A stretch of 36,028 nucleotides of DNA, taken from a virus. Taxonomy: Duplodnaviria > Caudoviricetes. The DNA lies in IMG/VR virus record IMGVR_UViG_3300017747_003325, positions 1-36,028 of that record; one strand, written 5' to 3'. A program made the position numbers and the translations under genes. The notes under the pieces are model-generated. The model did not search any database, was not told the origin of the DNA, and saw only the letters and a list, made by a program, of their open reading frames with translations. This document shows positions 6,824-15,804 of the stretch, piece by piece (position 1 is the first letter of the stretch; each line of letters opens with the position of its first letter).

Positions 6824-7117
6824 ATGAGCACCATCGAGAGCAGCCTGCGTGACGCCATCGTGGACGCGACCGTGACCGACGCGAAGACCGGCGAGGAGAT
6901 CGACGACGTGAGCGCGTGCTACCTCGCGCTCGCCCAGGACGTGCAGGGCACGCTCCCCGACCACATCACGGTCTCGTGGGGCCCGAGCGCGACGCGCCGC
7001 CGCCAGGACGTCTCGCAGGCTCCGGGGTGGGTGTGGGAGGCGGCGCTCGCCGGCCACCTCGTGCTCACGGACGGCGCGGTCGCGATCGCGGACGGCCACG
7101 AGCACCGCTACGCCTGA
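6824..7117 (+). CDS. Hypothetical protein (97 aa)
   Basis: AGGAG RBS, first gene after P2, typical codon usage. Confidence 0.75.
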   Translation: MSTIESSLRDAIVDATVTDAKTGEEIDDVSACYLALAQDVQGTLPDHITVSWGPSATRRRQDVSQAPGWVWEAALAGHLVLTDGAVAIADGHEHRYA

Positions 7118-7223
7118 CCCACCACGATCCTCCGCCCACGCGGAGATGCGCGCCCCGAGAGGATCGCGCCGGCTCGCTACCGGCAGGGCGCATCGCGGCA
7201 CAGGGCCGCACGAGGAGACGACG

Positions 7224-7457
7224 ATGACGAAGATCACGATCAGGGGAGCCGAGAAGATCGTCCGCGCGCTGGCACAGCAGGACTGCGAGGACGACGAGCG
7301 CCTCGCGGCGGCAGATTCGGTGCCCGGAGGTCAGATCGAGGGGTGGTACCGCGCGTCGCGCGAGGCCGGCGATCTCGTCGTCGTGCGCGCGATCGACCAT
7401 CTCGGGACCGCACGGGCGCAGCGCGTGTACGACGCGGCGCGCAAGGTGCAGTCGTGA
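7224..7457 (+). CDS. Hypothetical protein (77 aa)
   Basis: GAGGAGACGACG leader, then ATG; MTKITIRGAEK... Confidence 0.7.
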   Translation: MTKITIRGAEKIVRALAQQDCEDDERLAAADSVPGGQIEGWYRASREAGDLVVVRAIDHLGTARAQRVYDAARKVQS

Positions 7458-7642
7458 CCGACCGCATGCGGCGCGCGCAGGCCGCCTACGACGCGGCCGA
7501 GCCGGATGACGCGGAGTGGGTCGAGTGCCCCGAGTGCGGCGGCTCCGGAGGCGTCTCGGCGTGCGACTCGGAGGGTGAGTACCTCGGAGAGTGCCCACGG
7601 TGTGGCGGTACTGGCGAGGTGCGGCAGGAGGGCGAGTCATGA
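7454..7642 (+). CDS. Small DnaJ-type zinc-finger protein
   Basis: Two CxxCxGxG motifs (CPECGGSG, CPRCGGTG); GTGA coupling. Confidence 0.7.
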   Translation: MTDRMRRAQAAYDAAEPDDAEWVECPECGGSGGVSACDSEGEYLGECPRCGGTGEVRQEGES

Positions 7643-7953
7643 CGACGTGCAGGGCCTGCGGCGGCGAGTACGTGGCCGGCGAGCGATGCCCCGCCCGAGG
7701 CGACGAGGTGCACACGCGCGGCCGTGGGCGGCCCCAGGCGGGCGCGAGCGACCTGCGGGCCACCGAACTACGGGTCAGGCTCTCCCCGGCCGAGTGGGCC
7801 GACGTGGGGGAGCTTGCGCGCCTCACGGGGCAGACGGCGAGCACGGCGGTCAGGGCGGCCGTGACGCGGGCGCTGAGGGCTGCTCGAGCGAAGGCGGCGC
7901 GGGCGACGCCGGTCACGTGGGATGCGCTCGACAGAGTGCAGCCGACCGAGTAG
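7639..7953 (+). CDS. Putative ribbon-helix-helix DNA-binding protein
   Basis: RGRGRP segment followed by LRVRLSPAEWADVGELARLTGQTASTAVRAAV. Confidence 0.6.
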   Translation: MTTCRACGGEYVAGERCPARGDEVHTRGRGRPQAGASDLRATELRVRLSPAEWADVGELARLTGQTASTAVRAAVTRALRAARAKAARATPVTWDALDRVQPTE

Positions 7954-7962
7954 AGTCGGGGG

Positions 7963-8136
7963 ATGGAGCGGACGGCGCACCTCGACCCCGGCGACTGGCG
8001 GGCCGATCTCGTGCCGGGGCACCCTCTGACGCGGGTGTCCGTGCGAGCGCGGTCCGTCGTCGTGCGTGAGGTCGCGCGCGATGGGCGGGTCACGCTCGTC
8101 TGGCGGTGCAGGTGGGATGCGGAGGGCGAGGAGTGA
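7963..8136 (+). CDS. Hypothetical protein (57 aa)
   Basis: Hand-translated ORF MERTAHLDPGDW...WDAEGEE fills the gap; GTGA coupling to the next gene. Confidence 0.45.
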   Translation: MERTAHLDPGDWRADLVPGHPLTRVSVRARSVVVREVARDGRVTLVWRCRWDAEGEE

Positions 8137-8333
8137 GCGAGTACGTGTGCAGCGTCTGCGGCGATGTGATCACGCCGGGCACCATGAACGCGTCCGGCGT
8201 CGAGGTGCGAGAGAGCGGCATCGTCTGCGGCGTGTGCGTGGACGTGACGCGCAACCACTCCGCATCGGAGGGCGCACGCTGGCGCTCTGCGGACGGCATC
8301 GTGTGGACCGTGGAGCGGGCGAGGACACGATGA
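8133..8333 (+). CDS. Small zinc-ribbon protein
   Basis: CSVC...CGVC; coupled overlaps at both ends. Confidence 0.55.
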   Translation: MSEYVCSVCGDVITPGTMNASGVEVRESGIVCGVCVDVTRNHSASEGARWRSADGIVWTVERARTR

Positions 8334-8785
8334 GCGAGAAGGCGACACGAGCCGAGCGGGACACCGCCTCGCGCGCGAAACGCACGTGGAACCCGTGGCG
8401 CGAGCACGCCGCGGCCATCGCCAAGCACATCGAGGAGGGCACGCCGATGGAGCCCGCGTGCGTGCTCGAGGGCGTGTCCATCGAGACCGTGCGCGATGCC
8501 ATCGACCGCGCGGATCCAGACGCCGACGTCATCGTGCGGGCGCGAGCGGCCCTTGAGGCGAAGCTGTGCCGCGATGCCGTCGCGCTCGCTGCGGAGGGCA
8601 CGCCGATCGCAAGCTCGGCCGGATGGATGCTCGAGCGCATCGCGCCGAAGCGATGGCACCTCCCGTCGAAGGTTGAGGTCAGCGGCCCCGAAGGCGGCCC
8701 CGTCGTGAGCGAGCAGAAGATCGCGACCGAGGCCGAACTCATGGCGCGCCTCGAGGCGCTCCGCGCGAAGCTGAGCGTGGCGTGA
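8330..8785 (+). CDS. terS: Putative terminase small subunit
   Basis: HTH-like N-terminal region, WMLER..PKRW and KVEVSGPEGGPV tail typical of TerS; upstream of TerL. Confidence 0.7.
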   Translation: MSEKATRAERDTASRAKRTWNPWREHAAAIAKHIEEGTPMEPACVLEGVSIETVRDAIDRADPDADVIVRARAALEAKLCRDAVALAAEGTPIASSAGWMLERIAPKRWHLPSKVEVSGPEGGPVVSEQKIATEAELMARLEALRAKLSVA

Positions 8786-9228
8786 TCACGCTTCGCGACA
8801 TGCGCGAGAGCGACCGGGCCTACGTGCTCTCCACGTGGGTCGAGAGCGAGGAAGAGCACACCGCGCTTCCTGGCGGCCGTGACCGCACCTTCGACGCGCT
8901 GCGGGCGAAGGCGGGTCGCTTGCTCGCGCGCTCGCGCGTGCTCGTCGCGGCGCCCGTCGACGATGCGATCACGGTGCTCGCGTGGCTGTGCATCGACGCG
9001 CACGAGCCCGTCGTGCACTACGCCTACACGCGGCGCGCGGTGCGTCGCAGCGGCCTACAGCGCGACCTCGTGCGCGCGGCAGGCATCGAGGGCAAGATCA
9101 GAGCGTCATGCCGGGCACCGAAGCGCCCGGATCAGCGCGTGCACCACGATCCCGTGCTGGGGTGGATGCTCGCAGTCATGGAGCCACATGTCCGAGAAGA
9201 CCGAGAAGCCGCAGCGCACGATCGGTGA
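8782..9228 (+). CDS. GNAT-like acetyltransferase-fold protein
   Basis: ITLRDMRESD start and VHYAYTRRAVRRSGLQRDL (acetyl-CoA-binding motif A-like). Confidence 0.55.
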   Translation: MITLRDMRESDRAYVLSTWVESEEEHTALPGGRDRTFDALRAKAGRLLARSRVLVAAPVDDAITVLAWLCIDAHEPVVHYAYTRRAVRRSGLQRDLVRAAGIEGKIRASCRAPKRPDQRVHHDPVLGWMLAVMEPHVREDREAAAHDR

Positions 9229-9445
9229 GCCGATCTCCCGCGTGGAGTTCACCACGCCGATCCGGTTCCCCGACGAACATCGCTCGACGCTCACGGCGTG
9301 GACGCGCGAGATGCACCACGAGCGCGCCATCGCGGAGTTCGGGCCGGCCGGCTCCATCGTGCTCCGAGGCATCCGAGGCGCGACGGTGATCCCCGCGGGC
9401 ACGTTGCGCGTGGTCGAGTGCTTCGTGGAGCCGAAGGCCGAATGA
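9188..9445 (+). CDS. Hypothetical protein (85 aa)
   Basis: GGAG RBS; MSEKTEKPQ...; coupled to the next gene. Confidence 0.55.
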   Translation: MSEKTEKPQRTIGEPISRVEFTTPIRFPDEHRSTLTAWTREMHHERAIAEFGPAGSIVLRGIRGATVIPAGTLRVVECFVEPKAE

Positions 9446-9702
9446 CCTCCGCGCCGCGGTGGCTCGACGTGTCCGGTGCGGCCGAGCAGATCGATCGGCT
9501 GTGGGCTGCGCGGAGCGCCGAGCGGCTGTCGTGGCCCGGCTTCGCCCTCGCTTCGTCGGCCGTGGTCTGCCGGAGCGAGTCCGCGCTCGTCGCGCACCAC
9601 GTCGAGCTCGGTGACTACGAGACGGCGGCGCGCGCGCTCACGTCGATGGAGATCGCGGGGGCGAAGGTCGCTCGCGATCTTGCGCGGTGGATCTCGTCGT
9701 GA
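9442..9702 (+). CDS. Hypothetical protein (86 aa)
   Basis: ATGA/GTGA overlaps with both neighbours. Confidence 0.55.
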   Translation: MTSAPRWLDVSGAAEQIDRLWAARSAERLSWPGFALASSAVVCRSESALVAHHVELGDYETAARALTSMEIAGAKVARDLARWISS

Positions 9703-11150
9703 CCGACCTCCGCGCGCTGGCCGACGAGGTGGAGGCGCTTGAGCGCGCCCTTCGCGACGTGCGCCCGTGCGCGGTGCTCGACCGCGTGCCCTACTGCCCG
9801 CACGCGCCGACCGACCCGCAGCGAAGGTTCTTGGAGCTCGACACGCGCGAGGCCTTCTACGGCGGCGCCGCGGGCGGCGGGAAGAGCGATGCGCTACTCA
9901 TGGCGGCGCTTCAGTTCGCCGACCGGCCGGGCTGCTCGGCGCTCTTGCTTCGGCGCACGTTCCCCGACTTGCGGCAGCCTGGCGCCCTCATGGACCGCCT
10001 AGCGAAGTGGCTCGCGCCGACGGGCGCGACGTGGCGCGAGATCGATCGGCGCTGGACGTTCCCATCCGGCGCGACGATCACGTTCGGATACGCCGAGAGC
10101 CTCGCCGACATAGAGCGCGCCTACCAGGGCGCTGAATACCAGTTCGTGGGCATCGACGAGCTTGGGCAGTGGCGCGAGCCGGAATACCTCTACCTGCTCT
10201 CGCGCGTGCGTCGGCGCGAAGGCTCGCGCGTCCCGCTCCGCATGCGCGCCGCGGGCAACCCTGGCGGCATCGGTCACGCGTGGGTCAAGCGCCGCTTCGT
10301 CGTGGCACCAGACGCTTCGAGGCCGTTCGTGCCCGCGAAGCTCGACGACAACCCGCACCTCGATCGCGCGCAGTACGAAGGCAACCTCGCGCTCCTCGAC
10401 TCGCGCACGCGCGCACAGCTGCGAGAAGGCTCGTGGGAAGACGTCGTCGCGGGGCGCGTCTACTTCGGGTTCAGCAGGTCGCGCAACGTGCGCTCCGGCC
10501 TGCCGAGCGTCGGTCGCGCGCGCTGGCACTACGTGCTCGCGGTCGATCTCGGCGCGAGCGAGGAGAAGCCGACGACGGCGTTCGTCGTGCTCGCGTGGGC
10601 GGACACCGCGCGCACGGTCTACGTGGTGCGCTCGTGGACAATGGCGAGCGGCTCGCCGCAGCGCACGAGCGACGAGATCGCGCGCACGCGCGACGTGTAC
10701 CCGATCGAGCGCATCATCGTGGACGCGGGCGCCCTCGGCGCTGGGTACCTGCGGGACTTCCAACGCAGGTTCGGCGAAGCCGCTCGAGCAGCGGAGAAGC
10801 GGGACAAGGCCGGCGCGCGACGGCTGATCAACGGCGAGCTGGAGCGCGCGGCGCTCGTGCTGATCGAGGGTCAGCATCGCAGCGCCGAGACGGTCGACGG
10901 CGAGGAGCGCCACCTCGTGTGGGAGCTGGAGTCGTTGCGCTACGACTCCGACGGCCTCGACGCCGACCCGAGCTTCCCGGACCACCTCACGGACGCGCTT
11001 CTGTACGGGTGGCGTGAGTGCTACGCGTGGGCTGCTACGCTGCCGCCAGGCCCCCCGACGACCGACGAACGCGCGGAACGTCTCGAGGCCGAGCTTGAAG
11101 AGGCCCGCATCCGTGCGCTCTCCGCGTACGACGAAGACGAGGACTGGTGA
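9699..11150 (+). CDS. terL: Terminase large subunit
   Basis: Walker A YGGAAGGGKS, LLLRRT, Walker B VGIDE, AGNPGGIGH, nuclease VDLG and DHLTDALLY. Alternative start at 9687. Confidence 0.95.
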   Translation: MTDLRALADEVEALERALRDVRPCAVLDRVPYCPHAPTDPQRRFLELDTREAFYGGAAGGGKSDALLMAALQFADRPGCSALLLRRTFPDLRQPGALMDRLAKWLAPTGATWREIDRRWTFPSGATITFGYAESLADIERAYQGAEYQFVGIDELGQWREPEYLYLLSRVRRREGSRVPLRMRAAGNPGGIGHAWVKRRFVVAPDASRPFVPAKLDDNPHLDRAQYEGNLALLDSRTRAQLREGSWEDVVAGRVYFGFSRSRNVRSGLPSVGRARWHYVLAVDLGASEEKPTTAFVVLAWADTARTVYVVRSWTMASGSPQRTSDEIARTRDVYPIERIIVDAGALGAGYLRDFQRRFGEAARAAEKRDKAGARRLINGELERAALVLIEGQHRSAETVDGEERHLVWELESLRYDSDGLDADPSFPDHLTDALLYGWRECYAWAATLPPGPPTTDERAERLEAELEEARIRALSAYDEDEDW

Positions 11151-13075
11151 TCATGGAACCGCGAACGCCGTGGTGGGAAGAGCCGAAGAACAGCGACGCG
11201 GTCGCGCGCGAGATGACGCAGGTCGTTCGGCAGATCCGCTCGCAGAGCTACCACCAGCGCCACGTGACACGCGCGCTGTCGCACCGCTCGCTCTACGAGA
11301 ACATGAGCGACACGCTCTCGACGCAGACGGCAGCGGTCGACGCGGCGATCCTCGATCGCGCCGTCGCGACGCTGGCGCAGCCGCGGTTGACGTTCAACGT
11401 CCTGCGCTCCGTGGTCGACACCGCACAAGCTCTCGTGGGCGCGCGGCAGCGTCCGAAGCCGACCTTCCTCACGAGCGGCGCGCGCTTCTCGGAGCGAGAC
11501 CGCACGTTGCGCGCGAACCGGCTCCTCGAGGCCGTGTTTCGCGACGGTCGCGCGAACGAGGCGGCGCTCCGCGCGTTCCGCGATGCGTGCATCGACGAGT
11601 GTGGCTTCGTGCACGTCTACAGCTACGAGGGCCGCGTGCACTTCGAGCGTGTCGACGCGCTCTCGATCGTCGTGTCGGCCATCGAGGGCCGCAACGAGAA
11701 GCCCCGCACTATGTACCGCGCCGACATCGTCGATCGTGGCGTGTTGATGAAGCGGTTTGAGATCAGTCCGCGCAGCAAGCTCGGGCGCATGATCCTCGAG
11801 GCCAAGCCGATCTCGTGGGAGCCAGGCGACCCGCCCGAGCTTCGCGAGGAGGGCGCGAGCGCGGCCGACGTGATCCGCGTGTACGAGGCGTGGCGCCTGC
11901 CGTCGTGCTCGAGCGACGACGAAGACGACGTGATGCGCTACGCGGGGCGCCACGTGCTCTGCACCGAAGACGCGGTGATCTGTGATGGGCCGTGGACGCG
12001 CGACCGCTTCCCGATTGCCGTGTTCCGCTGGGCATCGCGAACACAAGGGTTCTGGGGCTACTCGCTGGCCGAAGAGGTCGCGGCGCTCCAGGGCGAGATC
12101 ACCTACACGCTTCAGCGCATCCGGCGCGCGCTTAACCGCGTGGCGGTGCCGCGCGTGTTCGTCGAGAAGGGCAGCAACCCAAGCGCGATCAAGATGGACC
12201 GCACCATCGGCCAGATCATCGAGTACAGCGGCACGCAGCCGCCCGTGGTCGACGTGCCCACAGCCGTCGGCCCGGAGTGGTTCAACTTCTTCGGCCAGCT
12301 GGTGCAGCAGTCCTACGACCTGCCCGGCGTCTCGCGCATGTCGGCCACGTCGCAGAAGCCCGCAGGCCTCTCGAGCGGCGAGGCGCTGCGCGAGTACAAC
12401 GACCTGGCCGCGGACCGCGCGATGTCAGTCTCGCGCGCGTTCGAGGCGTTCCATGTCGAGCTCGCGCATCTGACGGTCGACGCGCTCGCAGACGATGACG
12501 ACGCAGCGAAGCGAGAGCACGTCGTCGAGGAGTCGCGCACGAGCACGGCGAGCGTCGCATGGCGCGACGTCCAACTCGACCGCGACCGCTACATCATCGC
12601 GGCGCACCCGACGTCGATGCTCGCGCGCGACTTCGCAGCGCGGAAGCAGCAGGTCGCGGAGATGGTGGAAGCAGGCTTGATCGAGCGCGATCAGGCGCGG
12701 CGACTGCTCGAGCTGCCCGACATCGATCGCGAGCTCGATCTTGTGTCGGCGGGGCGCACCGTGGTCGAGAAGGAAATCGACGAGATGATGCGAGAGGGCG
12801 TCTACATCGCCCCGGACCCGTTCCACGATCTCGCGTACGCCGTGCGCCTCGCCGCGCAGACGGTCGCGCTCGAGACGCGCCTTGGCACCGATCCCGACTC
12901 GCCTGGGATGGAGTGCGTGCGGCAGTACGGCGAGGCCGCGCGAGAGATGCTCGCCGCGTCGATGCCGAAGCCCGAGGCCGCGCCCGCGCCGATGGCGCCA
13001 CCGGGCGCACCGCCCGAGACGATGTCCCCTGACGCGATGCCCGCGGGCCAGGGTGCAGGAGGGATGATCCAGTGA
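11147..13075 (+). CDS. Portal protein
   Basis: 642 aa directly after TerL; FWGYSLAE, GVS..S and SGEALR segments typical of P22-like portals. Confidence 0.85.
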   Translation: MIMEPRTPWWEEPKNSDAVAREMTQVVRQIRSQSYHQRHVTRALSHRSLYENMSDTLSTQTAAVDAAILDRAVATLAQPRLTFNVLRSVVDTAQALVGARQRPKPTFLTSGARFSERDRTLRANRLLEAVFRDGRANEAALRAFRDACIDECGFVHVYSYEGRVHFERVDALSIVVSAIEGRNEKPRTMYRADIVDRGVLMKRFEISPRSKLGRMILEAKPISWEPGDPPELREEGASAADVIRVYEAWRLPSCSSDDEDDVMRYAGRHVLCTEDAVICDGPWTRDRFPIAVFRWASRTQGFWGYSLAEEVAALQGEITYTLQRIRRALNRVAVPRVFVEKGSNPSAIKMDRTIGQIIEYSGTQPPVVDVPTAVGPEWFNFFGQLVQQSYDLPGVSRMSATSQKPAGLSSGEALREYNDLAADRAMSVSRAFEAFHVELAHLTVDALADDDDAAKREHVVEESRTSTASVAWRDVQLDRDRYIIAAHPTSMLARDFAARKQQVAEMVEAGLIERDQARRLLELPDIDRELDLVSAGRTVVEKEIDEMMREGVYIAPDPFHDLAYAVRLAAQTVALETRLGTDPDSPGMECVRQYGEAAREMLAASMPKPEAAPAPMAPPGAPPETMSPDAMPAGQGAGGMIQ

Positions 13076-14046
13076 GCGAGACCACCACGACCACCACGAC
13101 GGCCACGCCGGCGACCGATGCGCCCGCGCCGAGCGCGATGGACAGAGCGATCGAGGCGCTCACCACGCCAGCCGCGCCGGCACCTGCAGCGCCACCGGCC
13201 CCGCCCGCGCAGCCGCCGCCCGAGGCGCCCAAGGAAGCGCCGAAGCCGACCACTCCGCCCGCGCAGGCGCAGCCGGACCCGGAGGCCATCGCGAAGCTGC
13301 AGGCCCGCGCGCACGCCGATGCGGCTGCGAAGCTTGAGCGCGACAGGGCGGCCCTCGAGGAGCGCGCCCGCGCTCTCGCGGCACAGGAGAAGGCCACGGT
13401 CGAGGCGCAGCGACTCGCGCGGCTCGCGAAGGACGATCCGCACGCGTTCCTCCGCGAGACGGGCCGCGACCCCATCGCCTTCGCGAAGCAACTTGCCGAA
13501 CGCGACAGGCTCTCGGAGGTCGCGCGCGCGGAGCTCAACGGCACCGCGAAAGAGGTCGAGGCGCTCAAGGCGCAGCTGGCCGAGCTCCGCACGCATCAGG
13601 AGAGGGCCGCGACCGAAGCGCAGAAGGGCGCGCGGGCACAGAGCCTCGCGGAGCTCCGCGCGATCGCGACGAGCAAGCACCCGGCCGCGGCTCACTTCCT
13701 CTCGGCGCAGCCCGACGATCCGTACATCGATACGATCGCCGACGAGATCCGCGCCGAGCGCGGCTACGTGACGCTCGACGCGGTTGCGGAGCGCCTCGAC
13801 TTGCGCGTGCGCGAGCAGGCCCGTACCATCCTCGAATCCGAGTGGGGCCGCATGCTGGCGGCCGAGTTGGTCAAGCCGACCGCCGCCACTCCGCAGCAGG
13901 CACCGACCGGCCAGGCACCACGCGGCGCGCGAGCGCCGAACACCCTGACCCGATCGGTGGCGGACGACAGAGTCACGCCACCAAGCGACTCGTCGCAGAG
14001 CCGGTTCGAGCGCGCCCTCGAGAAGATGATGGGCGGCGGACGGTGA
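13072..14046 (+). CDS. Capsid scaffolding protein
   Basis: Pro/Ala-rich N-terminus and long coiled coil; lies between portal and capsid. Confidence 0.7.
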   Translation: MSETTTTTTTATPATDAPAPSAMDRAIEALTTPAAPAPAAPPAPPAQPPPEAPKEAPKPTTPPAQAQPDPEAIAKLQARAHADAAAKLERDRAALEERARALAAQEKATVEAQRLARLAKDDPHAFLRETGRDPIAFAKQLAERDRLSEVARAELNGTAKEVEALKAQLAELRTHQERAATEAQKGARAQSLAELRAIATSKHPAAAHFLSAQPDDPYIDTIADEIRAERGYVTLDAVAERLDLRVREQARTILESEWGRMLAAELVKPTAATPQQAPTGQAPRGARAPNTLTRSVADDRVTPPSDSSQSRFERALEKMMGGGR

Positions 14047-14072
14047 CGTGAGCGGGTCGCGAGGAGCGATCC

Positions 14073-15296
14073 ATGACTGTCGATCTGACGGCGTTCAATT
14101 ACGCCTTGCAGGAGATGTATCCCGACATCGTCGGGCGCACGAACGAGCTCGACACCCCGTTCTTGTCGATGATCGGCAAGCGAACGGACTTCACCGGCAA
14201 GAGCTTGAACTATCCGACCGTCTACGCGAACAACGCCGGCCGCGCGGGCACGCTCACGGCGGCGCAGACCGCGAGCAACGGCAGCCGTGGTGTCCAGTGG
14301 GCGATCACGGCCGTGAAGGACTACGGCGTGATCCGCATCGACGGCGAGACGCTGCGCGCCTCGGGCGGCGCGGGTTCGATGTCGCGCGGTGAGGCCGCCG
14401 CGTTCCTCTCGGCGCGAAGCGAGGAGATGCTCTCGACCGTCAAGGCGCTGAACGAATCGATCGCGTTCCAGCTGTTCCGCACGGGCACCGGCGTGCGCGG
14501 CGTGCGCTCGAGCGCGGCGGGCAACGTGATCACGTTGACGAACGCCAACGACGGGATCTTCTTCGACGTCGGCATGGTGATCGGCGCGGCGACCTCGGCG
14601 GACCCTCCCGTCGCGCGCACCGGCACCGCGACGATCACGGCCGTGTCGCGCGGTCCATCCACCTCGACGATCACCGTCGACAACATCGCGACCCTCATCT
14701 CGTTCGCCGACGGTGACGGCATCTACGTGAGCGGTGACCTGAACACGCGCATGAAGGGCCTCGGCGCGTGGGTGCCCTCGAGCGCGCCCGGCGCAACGGC
14801 GTTCTTCGGCGTCGATCGCTCGGTCGACACCTCGCGTCTCGGCGGCCTGCGCTACACGGGCACGGAGCCGCTGATCGAGCGCCTCGTGCGTGCGGAGGCG
14901 TTCGCTCGCGTCCAGGGCGCCAAGCTCGACATCTTCGTGATGCACCCGACCCAGCTGGCGCTGATCAAGAACATCCTCGCGGACAAGATCCGCTTCGTGG
15001 ACACGAAGAGCGCGTCCGGGCGCTCGTCGTTCCGCATGGTCGAGATCGACACGGACAACGGCGTCTGTAAGCTCATGGCGGATCCGTTCTGCCCCTCCAC
15101 CATCGCCTACGGCGTGCAGTTGGACACCTGGAAGCTCGTGAGCCGCGGCGAGTGCCCCGGCCCGCTCAACCATCTCGGGGACTCGGGATCGTTCTTCACG
15201 ATGACGAGCGAGGACTCGATCGAGGGTCGCCTCGGCTACTACGCCAACGTCGCGTGCTCGGCGCCCGGCTACAACGTCTACCTCTCGCTCACGTGA
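14073..15296 (+). CDS. Major capsid protein
   Basis: 407 aa, strong RBS and codon bias, follows the scaffold; PFLSMI, MKGL, VMHP and EGRLGYYAN-type motifs. Confidence 0.85.
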   Translation: MTVDLTAFNYALQEMYPDIVGRTNELDTPFLSMIGKRTDFTGKSLNYPTVYANNAGRAGTLTAAQTASNGSRGVQWAITAVKDYGVIRIDGETLRASGGAGSMSRGEAAAFLSARSEEMLSTVKALNESIAFQLFRTGTGVRGVRSSAAGNVITLTNANDGIFFDVGMVIGAATSADPPVARTGTATITAVSRGPSTSTITVDNIATLISFADGDGIYVSGDLNTRMKGLGAWVPSSAPGATAFFGVDRSVDTSRLGGLRYTGTEPLIERLVRAEAFARVQGAKLDIFVMHPTQLALIKNILADKIRFVDTKSASGRSSFRMVEIDTDNGVCKLMADPFCPSTIAYGVQLDTWKLVSRGECPGPLNHLGDSGSFFTMTSEDSIEGRLGYYANVACSAPGYNVYLSLT

Positions 15297-15324
15297 TCGC
15301 TGATCACGAACAGGAGGTGCGACG

Positions 15325-15690
15325 ATGAAGCACGGAACCACCATGAACCTTGGGGGCGGCGCGAAGGTGCTCGCCTTCACGATCACCACGGACGGCAGCG
15401 GCGATCCGACGACGACGGTTTACGGACCGAACATCGGCGGGGCCGTCACGGTCGCGCGCACCGGAACGGGCATCTACACGTTCACGTGGTCGGTCCCGAC
15501 CTACGGCGCGAACGGCCTCGCGTACTGGAACGTCAACGTGAACCTCGGCTCGGGCGACTGGACCACGCGCGGCAGCGTGAACCGCTCGACGGGCGTGCTC
15601 ACGGTGACGATGGTCTCCGGAGGCTCGGCGACGAACGTCGTCTCCGGCGAGCTCGCGGTGATGCTCTGCATGTGCCCGATCGGCTACTGA
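15325..15690 (+). CDS. Putative capsid decoration/virion protein
   Basis: AGGAGG RBS; beta-rich with VARTGTGIYTFT motif; follows the capsid gene. Confidence 0.6.
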   Translation: MKHGTTMNLGGGAKVLAFTITTDGSGDPTTTVYGPNIGGAVTVARTGTGIYTFTWSVPTYGANGLAYWNVNVNLGSGDWTTRGSVNRSTGVLTVTMVSGGSATNVVSGELAVMLCMCPIGY

Positions 15691-15695
15691 CGTGA

Positions 15696-15713
15696 GGGGC
15701 CCTTCGGGGCCCC
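15696..15713 (+). other. Stable hairpin (GGGGCCC-TTCG-GGGCCCC) after the head genes
   Basis: Perfect 7-bp stem with cUUCGg tetraloop; no U-tract. Confidence 0.6.
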
Positions 15714-15720
15714 GCGTCGT

Positions 15721-15792
15721 CGCAGCGATGCGCGATGGTCGCGCGCGCGGCTCATACCCGCGAGGTCGACGGTTCGATTCCGTCCGCTGCTA
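15721..15792 (+). tRNA. tRNA-Met(CAT)-like element, initiator-like but degenerate
   Basis: Cloverleaf: acceptor CGCAGCG/CGCTGCT+A (C1xU72 mismatch), D-stem GCGC/GCGC, anticodon arm CGCGG-CTCATAC-CCGCG, variable AGGTC, T-arm GACGG-TTCGATT-CCGTC. No encoded CCA; lacks U8/A14. Confidence 0.7.
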
Positions 15793-15804
15793 TGAGGTGC
15801 TTCG

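Noticed and set aside
7118-7200. HDV-like ribozyme
   Set aside because: The crossing topology is reminiscent, but only 8 nt are available for P3/L3, and there is no P1.1 GG or catalytic C in the J4/2 position.
15696-15713. Intrinsic terminator after the capsid genes
   Set aside because: Strong hairpin but no U-tract; kept only as a structural hairpin.
15721-15792. tRNA as a prophage attachment site
   Set aside because: It sits inside the structural operon, I saw no second copy of its 3' end, and there is no integrase.
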